Shown here: piece after piece, positions 37,618 to 50,439 of the stretch | Layout: every line of letters begins with the position of its first letter | Numbering within the stretch: the first letter of the stretch is position 1 | Source of the DNA: Cetorhinus maximus | Lineage: Eukaryota | Assembly: GCF_964194155.1 (NCBI RefSeq) | Contig: NC_135883.1 | Coordinates: 90,768,001-90,832,000 of the forward strand | Reading direction: 5' to 3' | Length of the DNA: 64,000 nucleotides | The notes under the pieces: generated by a model | Told to the model about the DNA's origin: nothing | The model's input: the letters and a program-made list of their open reading frames with translations, nothing else | The model's database searches: none | Made by a program: the position numbers and the translations under genes

Positions 37618-38735
37618 ATAAAAACAGAAAATGCTGGAAAAACTCAGCAGGTCTGGCAGCATCTGTGGAGAGAGAAAAACAGAGTTAACATTTTGAGTCT
37701 ATATGACTTCTTCAGAGCTACAGAGAAATAGAAATGTGATGGATAGTAGACTGTTTAGGAGGGGGTGAAGCCGGTGGAGCAAAATAGAATGTCAGGGATA
37801 AGTGGGAGCTCTGGAGAGCTTGACAAAGATGTCATGGATACAAGACAAAGGGAGTGTTAATGGTAGTGTTAAAGACTAAAGGAGGTGTTGATAGTGACAT
37901 AAAGGTAAGATAGCAGAATGTGTTAATAGCTGAACAAGGGTCAGCACTCTGAAAGCACAACATAGAAACAAATGGCAGATGGCTTTGGGAGGGAGGGGTT
38001 GGAGAAAAAGGCTGTAAAGTACCTAGTTGGAAGACGAGGAGTTGTTCCTCTAGTTTGCGTTGGGGTCCACTGAAACAATGTAGCATGCTAAGGATGGACA
38101 TGTGGGCATGAGAGCAAGATGGTACGTTGAAACGACAGGGAGGTCTGGGTCATGCCCTTGGACTGAACGAAGGTGTTCCGCAAAGCGGCCACCCAGTCTG
38201 CATTTAGTCTCCCCAGTGTTAGATAAACCACATTGTGAGCAGTGAATACAGTAGACCAAATTGAAGGAGGTGCAAGTGAAGCGCTGCTTCACCTGAAAGG
38301 AATGTTTGGGCCTTGGATGGTGAGGAGGGAGGAGGTAAAAGGGCAGGTGTTGCACCTTCTGCAATTGCATGGGAAGGTGCTATGGGAAGGGGATGAGGAG
38401 TTGGAGGTGATGGAGGAGTGGACCAGGGTGTCACAGAGGGAAAGGTCCCTGCAAAATGTTGGTGGGGAGTTGAAAGAAAGATGGGTTTGGTGGTGGCATT
38501 ATGCTGGAGATGGCGGAAATGGCAGAGGTGATCCTTTGAATGCGGAGGCTGGTGGGATGTAAAGTGAAGACGAGGGGTACCCTAGCATGGTCTGGGAGGG
38601 AGGGGAAGGTTGTGAGGGCAGAGGTGCAGGAGACTGGTCAGACACAGTTGAGGGCCATGTCAACCACAGTGGGAGGGGACTCTCAGTTAAGGAGAAAGAA
38701 AGACATGTCAAAAGTGTTGTTTTGAAAGGTGGCCA
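37618..38735 (-). mobile_element. Penelope-like element 3' part (GIY-YIG endonuclease + pseudo-LTR)
   Basis: ORF 38050-38370: FTCTSFNLVYCIHCSQCGLSNTGETKCRLGGRFAEHLRSV; ORF 37832-38101: RKLEEQLLVFQLGTLQP. Confidence 0.88.
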
Positions 38736-39244
38736 AGTAATTGACATTTGGTAGGTTAATTATTGTACCATTTACCTGTTAGTCCAGCACCAAGGAAGAC
38801 CTTTGTACACTGGATCTTCCTGGCTATTGCCAGGCTTATTGGGAATAGTAAATGTGCCGCAGCCATGTGTTTTGGTGATAATATTGTGATGTGTCAAACG
38901 CAATCTTTTTATATTATCTTCAACTGTGACATTGTGAAATCAAGAAAGCATGAATGTGTCGCTAGTCCAAATGTCGTGTGCATCAAGGAATGCTGGTCCT
39001 CTAAAGTCCAGTTGGTGTACAGGAAGATTAGAAAATATTGGAGAATCACTCAGCTAGTTTGTTCTTCCAGGATTGGGCTGCAGTGTAAAGTAACTAAAAC
39101 TAACCGAGCCATCTCCTAACAATAAACTACAAGCACATAACCAGTAATAATTAACCATAGAGTCTGCAACAATTAACTGTTTTGGTAGAACAGAATTATT
39201 AGTTAACAATTACTTGAAATGCTAATGAATAAACATAGATGCTG

Positions 39245-40638
39245 TCATAGCATGTAAGGTGTGAAGGGAATTTGCATTTTTAGATAAGTGAAAGGGTTGT
39301 TTGGATTTCAAAGGGATGTTAGGATGTTTACAACTAGCTTGATAAGAAAGGCTAAGCAGTGTGTTTATTTTTCCCCAAAGATAACTGACAATATTGGCAA
39401 CACGAAAGATTTTTCTATTATGGGAAAGGAAAAGCTCCAAAGACATATGGAACAATGGAATTTACATATTAAAAAGAGAGAAACATATATAAAGGAGAAT
39501 GAAAGGCTATGTTGGGGGAGGGCATGTAAGATCTAACAGAAGTGTGTGAAACAGCCTTCTGGAAGCCTCCATCCATTTGTGCATAAGCCTATTGCACCCA
39601 GTAACTAAAGTTGGAGACAAGCTTTTGGAATTCCACTGTCAAGTGGGTACCGTGGTAACTTGCTGGCTTGTTTTTTTTTTACATTTAAAATCTATTTTGG
39701 ACTGTTGCCTTAAATGGGGTTTGTAATTTAGAATCAGGTTAATTAGGAATTTTAGGATTTGTTATAATAAGTAATTGTAATCTTATGTAAGCAGTTGAAA
39801 TTTTTGCTTTTGTTAATAAATATTTTAATTTAAGTTTAAAAAATCTCTGAAGGTCTTAGTGGACTCATTGGGCAGGATTTCCCCCCCCATTGGGGGCAAA
39901 GGTGAAGTGCAGGCGTGCGGAGGCAGGCCTCCGATCGGGGCGGACCGCCATTTTACGTTAAGGCCCGCCCAGCGTGACGTCTGCCAGGTAGCGCTATGCG
40001 CTCCCTGTGCAGGTGGGGTGGGGGGGGGAATTCCCTAAACCTGAGAGTGCGCTCTTTCGCACATGCGCATGAAAGAACGCACTCATCACCCTGAGGCTAA
40101 GTGCTGCCTCAGGGAGATCGTCTCTACAGTAAAAAAATATTAAAAATAGAAAAAAATATTCCCTGACATGTCCCCTCATGATGAGTTGGGACATGTCCAT
40201 AACTTTTTAAAAAACTTTAATTACATTTTTAAAAACCTACATAAAAGCTCATCCCGCCCATGGATGAGGTTTCATGCTTTTTCTAATTCCCGCCTGGGCT
40301 CCTGGCCTGCCCGCCAACCTTAAGGTTGGACAGGCAGGTCCATTACTTGCTTCAATGACTCTGTTAATGGCCTTAATTGGCCATTGACAGGTTGGCGGGC
40401 GCACAGCCGATTTTGCTGCACCCCCGCCTACCTGAAAATTTAAATGGAGTCATTTTACGCATCGGCGAGCGGGCCCCGCCACCCGCTCACCGACAGGAAA
40501 ATCCTGTCCATTATTTCTGAATTCAATGCACACATTTTCTCGTAATAAATACAAATTGCAAAATCATTGTAATAGCATGACCAAGTTTCCCTTGTGGATT
40601 TGGTCCACCTGGTACACATCATCTGCCACGTCATAACA
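39245..40638 (+). mobile_element. LTR-like segment split by a MITE
   Basis: Ends in ...tcataaCA; internal AATAAA; 39730-39850 is homologous to the reverse complement of 50460-50580; no TSD confirmed. Confidence 0.4.
39870..40509. mobile_element. Harbinger-type MITE
   Basis: TIRs gggcaggattt / aaaatcctgtcc; perfect TSD ATT (39867-69 and 40510-12). Confidence 0.88.
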
Positions 40639-40809
40639 AAATGCTAGTCAGTGGGAAGCATGAACTGCCTTACCTAGGAAAGCAGCTGTCTTCATTTTCT
40701 AAGTACAACTTTTGTTGCTTAATAAATTGTCCTGACACCAAGTCTCCTTGTCCAAATTTTATTACCTGGTCTCTCAACCTCTTACATTTCCACAAGTAGA
40801 CCTTTGTAT

Positions 40810-40829
40810 CAGCCTTGTACCGGTGATTG

Positions 40830-40864
<35 letters not shown>

Positions 40865-41020
40865 TCATATCAGAATATTGCAGATTCAAGACCCGTATCA
40901 GGGACTTGAGTTCATAATATAGGCTCATACTTGAGTACATAATTGAGGGAGTGCTCCACTGTGTGAGAGGTGCTGTCTTTCTATAGAGACATTAGATTGA
41001 GGCCCCACAGATCCCTCATC
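40810..41020 (+). mobile_element. Deu-domain SINE with embedded (CT)n
   Basis: tgagggagtgctccactgtgtgagaggtgctgtctttc...gagacattagattgaggcccc resembles the DeuSINE core; (CT)n at 40832-40860. Confidence 0.65.
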
Positions 41021-41778
41021 AATTGAAAATGTTGTAATCACATGAACTAAAATGGAAAATGTGTTGGATCCAGCTAAGTAAATTTGATAGTGGGGGAAAT
41101 GGATGTTTACATATTTTGTTTCCCATTCCTGTAGCACAATCTTGTACCCTGAAACTTCCAAAGGGCAATCCAGATGCTCAGGATAAATAAGTCTAAAAAT
41201 AGAAGAACCACCTCTCTACAAAAGTGAGTACTTTTAATCTGTCCTTGTCTACCACCTTCTTACATTGAAGTGTCTTGAAGTCACTTTTGAAGTGCAAATC
41301 TACTTTGGAACCAATGTTTCTGAAAATTTAAGAATTTCAAAACCAAGGCCAGAATTTTCTGGCTGACGTGCGGATGGTGTAGCCTGCACGTCAGCACGTG
41401 CCATCGTGATATTTCAGTGGGCGGACACGATCAGTTTGCCCGCCATTAATTGAAGGGCTCATTAAGCCCCTTAACTTGCCAGTTGTGTACGATTTTGAGG
41501 GTCCCGTGTGAACTTTGGATCGGCGCATGGGCCCAACGGGCAGGCGGGTAGGAGATTATTTAAGAAAACTTTTGCAATGTCGGGATATGTGGACTCAAAG
41601 GGGTTGTTCATGTTTTTCACAAAGTTATAATTGATGGAAGTGTTTAAAACATACCTGTGTGATGGTTAGTAGTTCTCATCAATGTCCAAGAGGTTTTTGT
41701 GTAAAGTGAAAGCATTCTGCAGACAGCATTCTTTTTCGGCCTTGCAGCTTTCTGGAGGCCTCCATTTAGCCTGCGGCA

Positions 41779-43026
41779 ATGGGTTCTGTCTTCTCCAGTG
41801 GAGGTAGCTCCCCTGAGGAGGAAGGGAGGGATAGAATCAGGAGGAGGCCAGGACTGGACAATCAGCCTCCAGGGGAGCCACCTTTGGGAGGCCTGGCGCA
41901 GGCACAAGGGGCGCAGGGCCAAGAGGTTGTCCAAGGTGCAAGGGGCCGCAGACGACGCCACTATCCTGCTGCCAGGGTATACAGGCGGCGAAGCAGCTAC
42001 CTCAATATGACTGAGGTGCAGTGCCGAAGGAGGCTCCGACTTTCAAGGGAGACTGTCAACTATATCTGTCAGATGATTGGCCCTGAGATCTCCCCTAACT
42101 GTGTGGGTGGACACTCCATGCCAGCGGCTCTGAAGCTCACAATTGCCCTCCACTTCTATGCCTTTAGCTCCTTCCAGGGCTCGGTGGGTGATCTTTGCGG
42201 TGTCTCCCAATCTGCTGTCCACACTTGTGTCAAGCAGGTTACAGACGCTCTGTTCAGATGGGTATCCACCTTTATCCACTTCCGCTGCGACCACACAAGT
42301 CAGGCACAGCGAACCAGAGGCTTCGCAGCCATTGCTGGATTCCCCCGCGTCCAGGGTGCAATAGACTGCACACATGTGGCCATCAAGGTGCCAGCAGGTG
42401 AGCCCGGTGCCTTTGCCAACAGGAAGGGCTTCCACTCCATGAACGTGCAGATAGTGTGTGACCACAGGATGCAGATTTTACAAGTCTGTGCCAGGTTCCC
42501 AGGCAGCCCCCATGACGTCTACATCCTCAGACACTCCCAGGTGCTGGGGCTCTTCAGTGCTTCGGCTCGGCTGGATGGTTGGCTGCTGGGTGACAAGCGC
42601 TATCCCCTGCAAAGGTGGCTCATGACGTCAGTACGCAGGCCAAGAACAGAAGCTGAGTATCGGTACAATAGGAGCCAGGGCACCACAAGGGCTGTGGTGG
42701 AGAGAGCCTTCGGTTTTCTCAAGATGCGCATCTCAAGATGCGCTTCCATTGCCTTGACCGCTCAGGTGGCCCACTCCAGTACCCCCCAGATCATGTCTCT
42801 CTGATCGTGGTAGTCTGCTGTGCCCTGCACAATCTTGCACTGGAAAGGGGGAATGCAGTTGACGATGAAGACCTTGACGCCCTGGATGAGGCTGCACATG
42901 ATGAATCCAGCAGTGCCTCAGGATGAGGAAGCACAGGGCAATGATGAGGGCCACAATGACGACCCGCGTTTACACTAAGGAGGCAGGGACACCCGGGACA
43001 ATTTAATCCAAAGAACCTTCAGCTAG
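41779..43026 (+). pseudogene. Harbinger (HARBI1-like) DDE transposase, near-intact
   Basis: 341-aa ORF with GAIDCTH, NRKGFHSMN, PGSPHD, LLGDKRY, VVERAFG; a 14-bp duplication at 42717-42743 shifts the frame; continues RFHCLDRSGG...CCALHNL and probably ends RDNLIQRTFS* at 43026. Confidence 0.92.
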
Positions 43027-43335
43027 CTCCACACACATCGATCAGCAGGAGCAGCATTGCCTGAACTTGCACACGTGGCACTTATGTGCTACCTCTTCTA
43101 CCTGATCAGCTGCAAATAAGGCCTTAGTACAGAAAAATCAATCTCCACTCGAACACTCATGATAATTATGTAAAATGTAAAAAGCACCACAATGAAAAGA
43201 CGCTCAGCCATGGTAACAAAGGTGGACTTTATTCTGTCCACAATTAAAGCTCACATGATTATTCGACAATGTCACAAAAAGGGGTCCCTATTCTAAGGCC
43301 AACACAAAATCACCAGTGACATACCCGGGGAGTGC

Positions 43336-45982
43336 CTAAGGTGCCTTATGCTTTCGTTTTTGGGTGCTACGTCTCGGTGCCGCCCCATCACTCAGAGTGA
43401 CTTGTGAGACAGCCTGCTGACTCTGCTGTCCTGTTGGCGTCGATGACCTTGGCGGGTGTCCTCTGGCCCGTGGAACCTGTGATGGCCCCGCCTGGGAGGG
43501 AGTGGCCAGTTCCAGAACTGGCACCTCCCCAGTTGTCGCAACCTCAACGGAAGCAACGCTGACTGGCAGAGGGGCGGAGGAGCTGCTACCCTCATCCGGA
43601 GCGCCCTGAGAGGAACTCGCAGCGACGACAGGCAGCTGCTGCACCAACGTGAGGTCCAAATCTACCTCCCTGCTCACTGCAGATGCATGGGCATGAGGTG
43701 CTGGTGCTTGGTGTCCAGAACATCTCCCACAGTGGAAAACACCACCTGTAGCTAGAACTGCTGTGAGGGCTTGCAGACCAGAGCATAACCCAATCATATT
43801 TTGATCCATTTGGTTAAAGCACCTCTCTATGAGAGTCACCAATCTCTCATTAAAGGAATCCTGAAGCTCTGCCCTGAGGGCCAAACCTTCACGTGCACTC
43901 TGCCCTCCGTCGCAGAGACCAACTGAACTATTCCCTCATGCAACCCTGCCAGATGCAAATGCACTTCCTGCCGCCTTTCCTGCAGCTGCTGCAATGGGGA
44001 CAACTCCAGAGGCACGTCATCAGTGCTGGACTCAGCATGTGCCTCGTCCCCTGCAGCCCTCCGGCTGCTGGAGCCATCAGCACTCTCTGCCCCTACCATC
44101 TCCTCCAGCGATCGTGGTGTGCCCTCTCCACTGTGACCCGGGACAGTAGCCGACGGTAAAGTCCCCACCGAAGTGTGTGTGTCTGCGTTGGTGCCTGGCT
44201 GGCTGAAATGATGTGCCACAAGTTGCACATGTTGCCCGTCAGGTGTGGAGAGGGGGGCTGCAGTGCGGACGTGTGTGTCGCTCTGGCGGTGATGCTGAAA
44301 TTAACAACAAGGACAGTGCATCAGTTAGCGTGCATTCACTTCAATCTTTCATCCCTTTCCCCCCCAGCCTCATAAGTAGCTCACCCTTAAAGGCCCTTAA
44401 AAGAATAACATTAGTGAGGTCCAAATGAGTCAAGACGGGCCCCAAGCATTAAACGCACATGCAAACAGGCTGGTTAGATGGCCTCATGAATGGCACATGG
44501 CTTGTAAAGAACCAGAGGAGAGGGGAGAGTGCAGGAGTATCTGATGTGGATGCATTGTTGCCTGGATAGTTGCGCGGCTGAGGAAACATTTCAAACAGTT
44601 GTGTCATTTTCCGCTGAACTCAGGAGATTGAGAGGTCATATTATTGCCCTTCATTCCGTTAGGAGGGGCATAGACCGGGTGGCCAGAAGGCAACATTTCC
44701 CCTTGGCGCAGGGATGAGTAACGTGGTGGTATTCATCTAAGCTGAATGTCATGAGGTTCACAGCTGAGGTGCTGAGGACCTTCTGGACAAAGTAATGTGG
44801 GGGCGCACTGGCTGCAAGGGTGCAGGAGGTCCCAAACCCCCGAAAATGGAATAAGCCTTTGGTTGTGCAGCGACAATCCAATGGCATGTGAGACCATGGT
44901 GATAGTGGTCACAAATGGGATAAGGTGACTTTGGAAGGTGGTGGAGAGGCTATTCCTCAAGGGGATGAGGGTCCCTCCTGTATGACCCAGACCTCAGAAT
45001 GCCTCAGTCAGTGAATGAGCATTAACGATTGCAGCAACCATCGGTGGTTTGGATGGTGGGCAGATAGAGTGGATGGGACTGTGGACCTAAAATACCTGCC
45101 CGCTGGACCCCAGCCTCACCGCCCCTGGCTGCCCTCGCCTCCTGCCTCCTGCCCAGCTCCATGGCCTGCTCCTCGAATGGGGTGAGGCGCTGGAGGAGGG
45201 CGTGCCCACCACCAGTCCTCAGGTGCTCCTGGGTATTGTGGTTACTTTTTGCCTGACAAACACATAAGAGGATTTATTGGGGCTGATTGCTGATGTACTC
45301 TGCACGCGCACGCCGCACCCCAACCACAGTGGCCCATCTGAGGCCTCCAGTGGCTGGTGTCCACACTACTAGTGATGAGTCCCCAGAAGATTGTACGGCT
45401 GGTCCCAAACCCCTCCCCCAACGGTCCCCTTGGAGACATTCGGTGTCCATCACTTTGAATAGCACACGGGTCTTAGTGCCCATGGAAAGGAGGATCAAAT
45501 AGGTGCGGCGCCAAGGCCAGCAGGTGGGACTTGCCCAAAAGACCTTGAGGCACCCCTTGGACCATCTCATTACCATCAATATGACGTGTTGGAGTTCTGA
45601 GTATGTGTCTACCGGCCTCCCCTGTAGGTTGCCCCCAAACTACTCAAATGTCACAGAAACCAACATATGCTGCGCAGAAAGCCATATGGTACTCCCCCGT
45701 CCAAAGCGCAGCAAATCATTGAAACATTTTCTGCACTGTGTGCCAGTGCATCTGATGTCATCATGGGCACATCAGAAGCCTCGCCCACCTCCTCCCATGC
45801 CTGGCTGGTAACATGGGGGGCCCTCCTCCTCCCATCCTCAGAATACAGAACATCACGTCGCTGGCCCACCTCTTCCAGGAGGACAGCAAGGCATGCGTCC
45901 AAGAATCTGGGTGCACAGTGGCCTCTCCTGCAGCCTGCCTCCCTCCTCCTCCACCTCCTCCTCCTCTGCCCTCCTTGGGCAT
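43336..45982 (-). pseudogene. Harbinger Myb/SANT-like accessory gene, spliced, disrupted
   Basis: Exon 1 45982-45697 (APRFLDACLAVLLEEVGQRRDVLY...QAWEEV...QCRKCFNDL; donor reads GG); exon 2 45252-45096 (cag|...RTGGG...LTPFEEQAMEL...|gtatt); exon 3 about 44294-43336, ending in basic RRSTQKRKHK. Confidence 0.82.
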
Positions 45983-46734
45983 TTCTACCTCTGAGTGGCC
46001 ATGGTACACTGCCTCAAGCAGGCTGCCTGGCCATTCTTTATGCAGGCTGCCGGCTCCCCATTGGAACTGGCAGTCTGAGGCCGCCCACCCCCGAGACTAT
46101 TTTCCCGTTCTCCACGGGAGTCGCAAAGCCGCGGTGCGGGCCTTAATTGGCCCACCTGTGGAAAATGGCGGCACGGCCTGTTTCGCCAGCGGCAATCGGC
46201 TGCCCACCCGCCGCCGAGTCGGTCGGGCCCACCCAACCAATGAAAGTAAAATTCTGCCCCAATTCTTTGTCCAAAGAGTCAGCCCAGTTAATGTCAGTCA
46301 GACTAATTTCACAAAGGACCCTCACAGCGGACACTGGAAGGCTTTCCATCCTACCTTTTGAGGAGGAATTTGAGCTGAAGGTTCAAGGTAAAAGGACACA
46401 GTGCTAATCCAATTTGTCCTGCAATTGCTCCTAAAAAGTGGTTTTGAATCACTTTGAACAGAAGGTAGGACAAGAGTAAATTTAGAGATATCAATGCCAG
46501 AAGTAATTTTCTGATTTTTTTTTGTCCTGAAATATAAATTTCAGTCATTGGTTCTACACAAAACTGAGCTAAGTACTGTGTAACTAGACATAAACAAATT
46601 ATGCAGGTTTAATGGGTAGAATTTTTTGAAACCTGATTTAAAAGGTGTTGATTTTCAATAATGAAAAGTCAAATGGTGTAAACTATAAAATGACTTAATC
46701 CCAAACAATCCCTTTCATTTCAAGGATAACAAGA

Positions 46735-47340
46735 ACAACTTGCATTTATATAACACCTCCAAGGAAGAAAAATGTCTCAGATATTTCACAGAAGTGTAAT
46801 CATACATAAATGGACACAAAGGAATTGGAGATATTTTGAGAGGTGACATAAAGCTTGGCTAGAGAGGTGGGTTTTAATGTTGAAGGAAGAAAGTGATGTG
46901 GAGAAGTTTAGGTCAGTTTAATTGCAGAGTAGGACCTAGAAGGCTGAAAGCACTGCTGCCAAGGTGGGGTAAAAAGATTGGGCCATGTAGAAGAGGAAAG
47001 GAAAGAAACGTTCTAGAAAAGTTGTAGTTCTTGAAGTTATAAAACTAGAGAAGGACAAGGCAATGAAGCGATTAAAACAAGATGAGAATTTTAAAGATGA
47101 AAGACTGAGAGACCAGGATCCAATGTAGATCAAGCACAGGGATGATGGACAAGGTGGACTTGGTGCAGAATGGGTAGGGGCTGCAGAGTTTTAAATGAAC
47201 TGAAGTTAATAGGGGATGGGAGGCTGGCTAAGATTTGGCATGTTGGAAGTGACTAAGATGTGGATGAGGGTTTCTATAGTAGATGAATTGAGGTAGGGGC
47301 AGAGGCAGTCAATGTTATGGAGGTGGCAATAGGCAGACTA
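46735..47340 (-). mobile_element. Old L2-clade LINE 3' end
   Basis: caacttgcatttatataacacc tail; similar to 59405-59930. Confidence 0.65.
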
Positions 47341-48315
47341 TTTGCTGGAGAAAATATGTTGTTTGAAGGTACAAATAAGATACAAAGTCAGTGCCAAGGT
47401 ACAACATAACATCACACAATGGCTCCCAATCATGTTTAAAGAATATAAAGTAGTTAATATATTTAACAATATATCAGCCTGTAATTACAACAGATATAGA
47501 GTATACATTAATCTTCCAAGGTGTGCCTTAGCTTTCTGGGGGTTTTTTCTCCTCATTTCTACAGGGTTTTTTTTATATCCTTCTTTATCCTGCCTACTCT
47601 GGGGCAAAGATGGTAACAGCTGAAGAGATTTTTCAGCCCTTTGCAGGAGCTACTGTGTGGCTCTTCACTCTGAACTGTGGTAGCTAAGTACTGGAAGAAT
47701 GGGTTATCATTGTAAAGGAGTTCCTGGGAATACATTCCCCCAGGAAAAATGTTATGATTTACAGTAAAGTAAAGCCATCTGGTATATTTTCATGGTCTGT
47801 TAGATTTTTTTTTGTTCCTCGGCACAGTCTAACAGAGACACTCAGTTGTATTTGCTTCATTAATCTTACCTCAATCTCATTAAGCTCCATTTTTTTTATT
47901 CAGTTGGTAGCGGTATCACTGATTTTTTTCTCCCTGTTATTTTCTGCCTTTCTGTGTGATTTTCTTTGTTTCTCGCTCATTAGAATGAAATTCCAGTTTT
48001 CAGTCATTTAACAATAGAATATTTTGAGGTGCTTACTCACAGAAATATGAGAAGTTTTAGTTTATCACAGTCCTTTTCTCTGTACCTCTGATATCTGTTA
48101 TTCTCTGCTATCTTCCCTTTTTATGTTGGTTTCTGACTGATCCTAGTGCTTTCCTGTTACTCTAGACTTTCACACTGCTTCAAATCATGTTCAACTAGCT
48201 TTCTGTTCAGTAATCATTTTCAATTCCACCTCCTCAGAACTGGTCAATATAAATTTGATATGTAACTTTCCTCCATACTGAACAGTTTTCCAAATTAACA
48301 AATCTGGAAATATGT

Positions 48316-49440
48316 CATATATACTCAGGTAGAAGTAGAATTTTTGAATCTAATTTTTTTAGGCCAAAAGCCATGGGGCCAACTTTTACCCCAGTAGTGT
48401 TTTTGAGAGGTTGACCTGCGTGCTTGATTTGGGCGCAAGTGAAATTCAAAAAATACCATCACAATGGAACAAAATAAAAATCAAGGCTAAGGAATTCATA
48501 TTAATTATCAAACATTTCTTTATTTAAAACATGACAAACTATGTAAATTTCATCCAACGCAATATAAATATATAATAAATTAACTTTAAAATCACTTTAA
48601 TCATCATGTGAATCACCAGATAATTCATCCCAATAGCCTGGCTGTATAACATCGTCGGATGGATCTTTCTTGTCTTCATCATCATCATTGGTAGTAACTT
48701 AGGTGCTATCATTCTACAAGTAATCATCCACGTTATCACTGAGTGCATTTAATATTCCACATTTTAAAAATTATCTTTTGACAATATTAGAATCAATTAC
48801 ATTCCACATGTCTATAACTGAATTGTACAATGTTGTTACTGAGGATGCTCACATATTCGCCTTTCAACGTACAATTGTTCCACATCTTTCACATACTGTC
48901 CTTGTGAGGTTTATTTATACACACATCAAAAAGGCTGAACAACACTCATAAGACCAGTGGGAATAACTGTCATGTCAGTGTTGGTTGATCTTACATCACT
49001 GACTAACACCATCAATGAGGTGGGATTTGAATATATCCCAGACAAGTGAACATTTTTCTTTGCATAGCCCTCCTGGTCTCAAATTCCACACTTCTTTAAT
49101 CTATTTCTTGCAACTGCCTTCATCCATCCAGCCTTTCTCATGAACATGGATGACAATGCCTTTCTGGAATTTCTCTTTGCAGAGAGTTGTTCGCTTGATT
49201 GGCACCATTGGCTTTAATTTTGTGCCATCTGACATACACAATAGAAACACCGTAAACTGTGTCTTCTCATGGTCTATCATCTTTATAAAGGTTTTTTTTC
49301 TACCATCATGGTAACGGTTTTCTTTACTGGCATGTCGATGTTCATCAGCTTTTTCATCCATATTTTCAATGTAAGCCAATCAATATGTCTTCTCCTTTCA
49401 ATGTTGGATGACAAATCAGTAGAATTTGGTGATTTTATTG
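48316..49440 (-). mobile_element. Pogo/Tc2-like DNA transposon fossil (DDE_1 transposase)
   Basis: ORF 49101-49379: NMDE...HEKTQFTVFLLCMSDGTKLKPMV..KRTTL.KEKF.KGIVIHVHEKGWMDE; TIR-like catatatactcaggtagaagtaga at 48316. Confidence 0.75.
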
Positions 49441-50439
49441 GGTGGTAGTTAGGTGGTTGGAGGTGTAGTCGCGTTGGGGTGGTTCAAGGGGAGAGTCTGG
49501 GGCATCAGTGTGAGTAATTGGGGGGTGTTACGGCATGGCTGATGGTAAATGCCAAGCTTCCCAAATCCCAAAGGGAAGCTTGAAACAGTTACCAAAATGG
49601 CTTTTGCAATTTGTGTAGTATGAGGAGAGGTTCTTAAATCAAGAAATGATGTCCCTGATTACTTGTGATGATTTTATAGTAGAGTAAATGCTTATTTTTA
49701 AAAAAGCAAAAACAAAACACAATTACACTTAAATACAAGAATGGTTTTACACAGTAAATAATACTTTTAAAACAGTTCCAAAAGATTTTATCTTAACTCC
49801 CCTCAGAGCTAATCTTCCCCTTTCTGATTAGCGACTATCCTTATAGATTTTAAAATCTATAGAATTCCAGTAATTTTTGAGTTGTCCTCTAAAGCTGATA
49901 GGAAATGGTCTCCAGGTCTGCCCTTGCTCACACTGTCTTCTGGGAGTTCTGGCCAGCTATCCTACCGACTTCTGGGAGCTCCAAACAGCTAATCCCCACC
50001 ACACAGCCTTTACTATTTCCTTAAATGCATTCCTTCCCTTTGATCTCTCTATTGTCTCAACCAGTCTCTTCAGAAATGCTTTCATCCCAGAATTGATTAA
50101 ACACGTGTCTTTACTCTAGCTCCTAGGCTTTCAAAAGAAATAAACTTACCCTATCTTTACCTTACTTACTTACACCTTTTACAACCTGAATATATCCCCC
50201 TTTGAACTAAAACAACTGAATTCAAAACTGCTCCTGTTATTGCTTTATGTAATATTCAAATTGAAGTTCCTCTCGGTTCATTAACATATCAAAACCACTT
50301 ATTACTGTTGGTTTTAGGCTCTTGCAGTCATTCTGTCTCCAATTACCATACTTACAACCCCCAACAACCTGTCTCTCAGTACATAAGAAATATGACAGGG
50401 ATATTACCAAAAGAAAAATATTACAATTTCTTGTTTTCT

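Larger units (their letters stand above)
41347..46259. mobile_element. Full-length PIF/Harbinger DNA transposon (4913 bp)
   Basis: TIRs ggccagaatttt / aaaattctgccc; perfect TSD CAA (41344-46 and 46260-62); transposase (+) and Myb/SANT-like gene (-) convergent. Confidence 0.95.

Noticed and set aside
41779-42804. Host HARBI1 gene
   Set aside because: It lies within TIRs and a TSD, is paired with a Myb gene, is frameshifted, and has a related copy in the window, so it is a transposon ORF.
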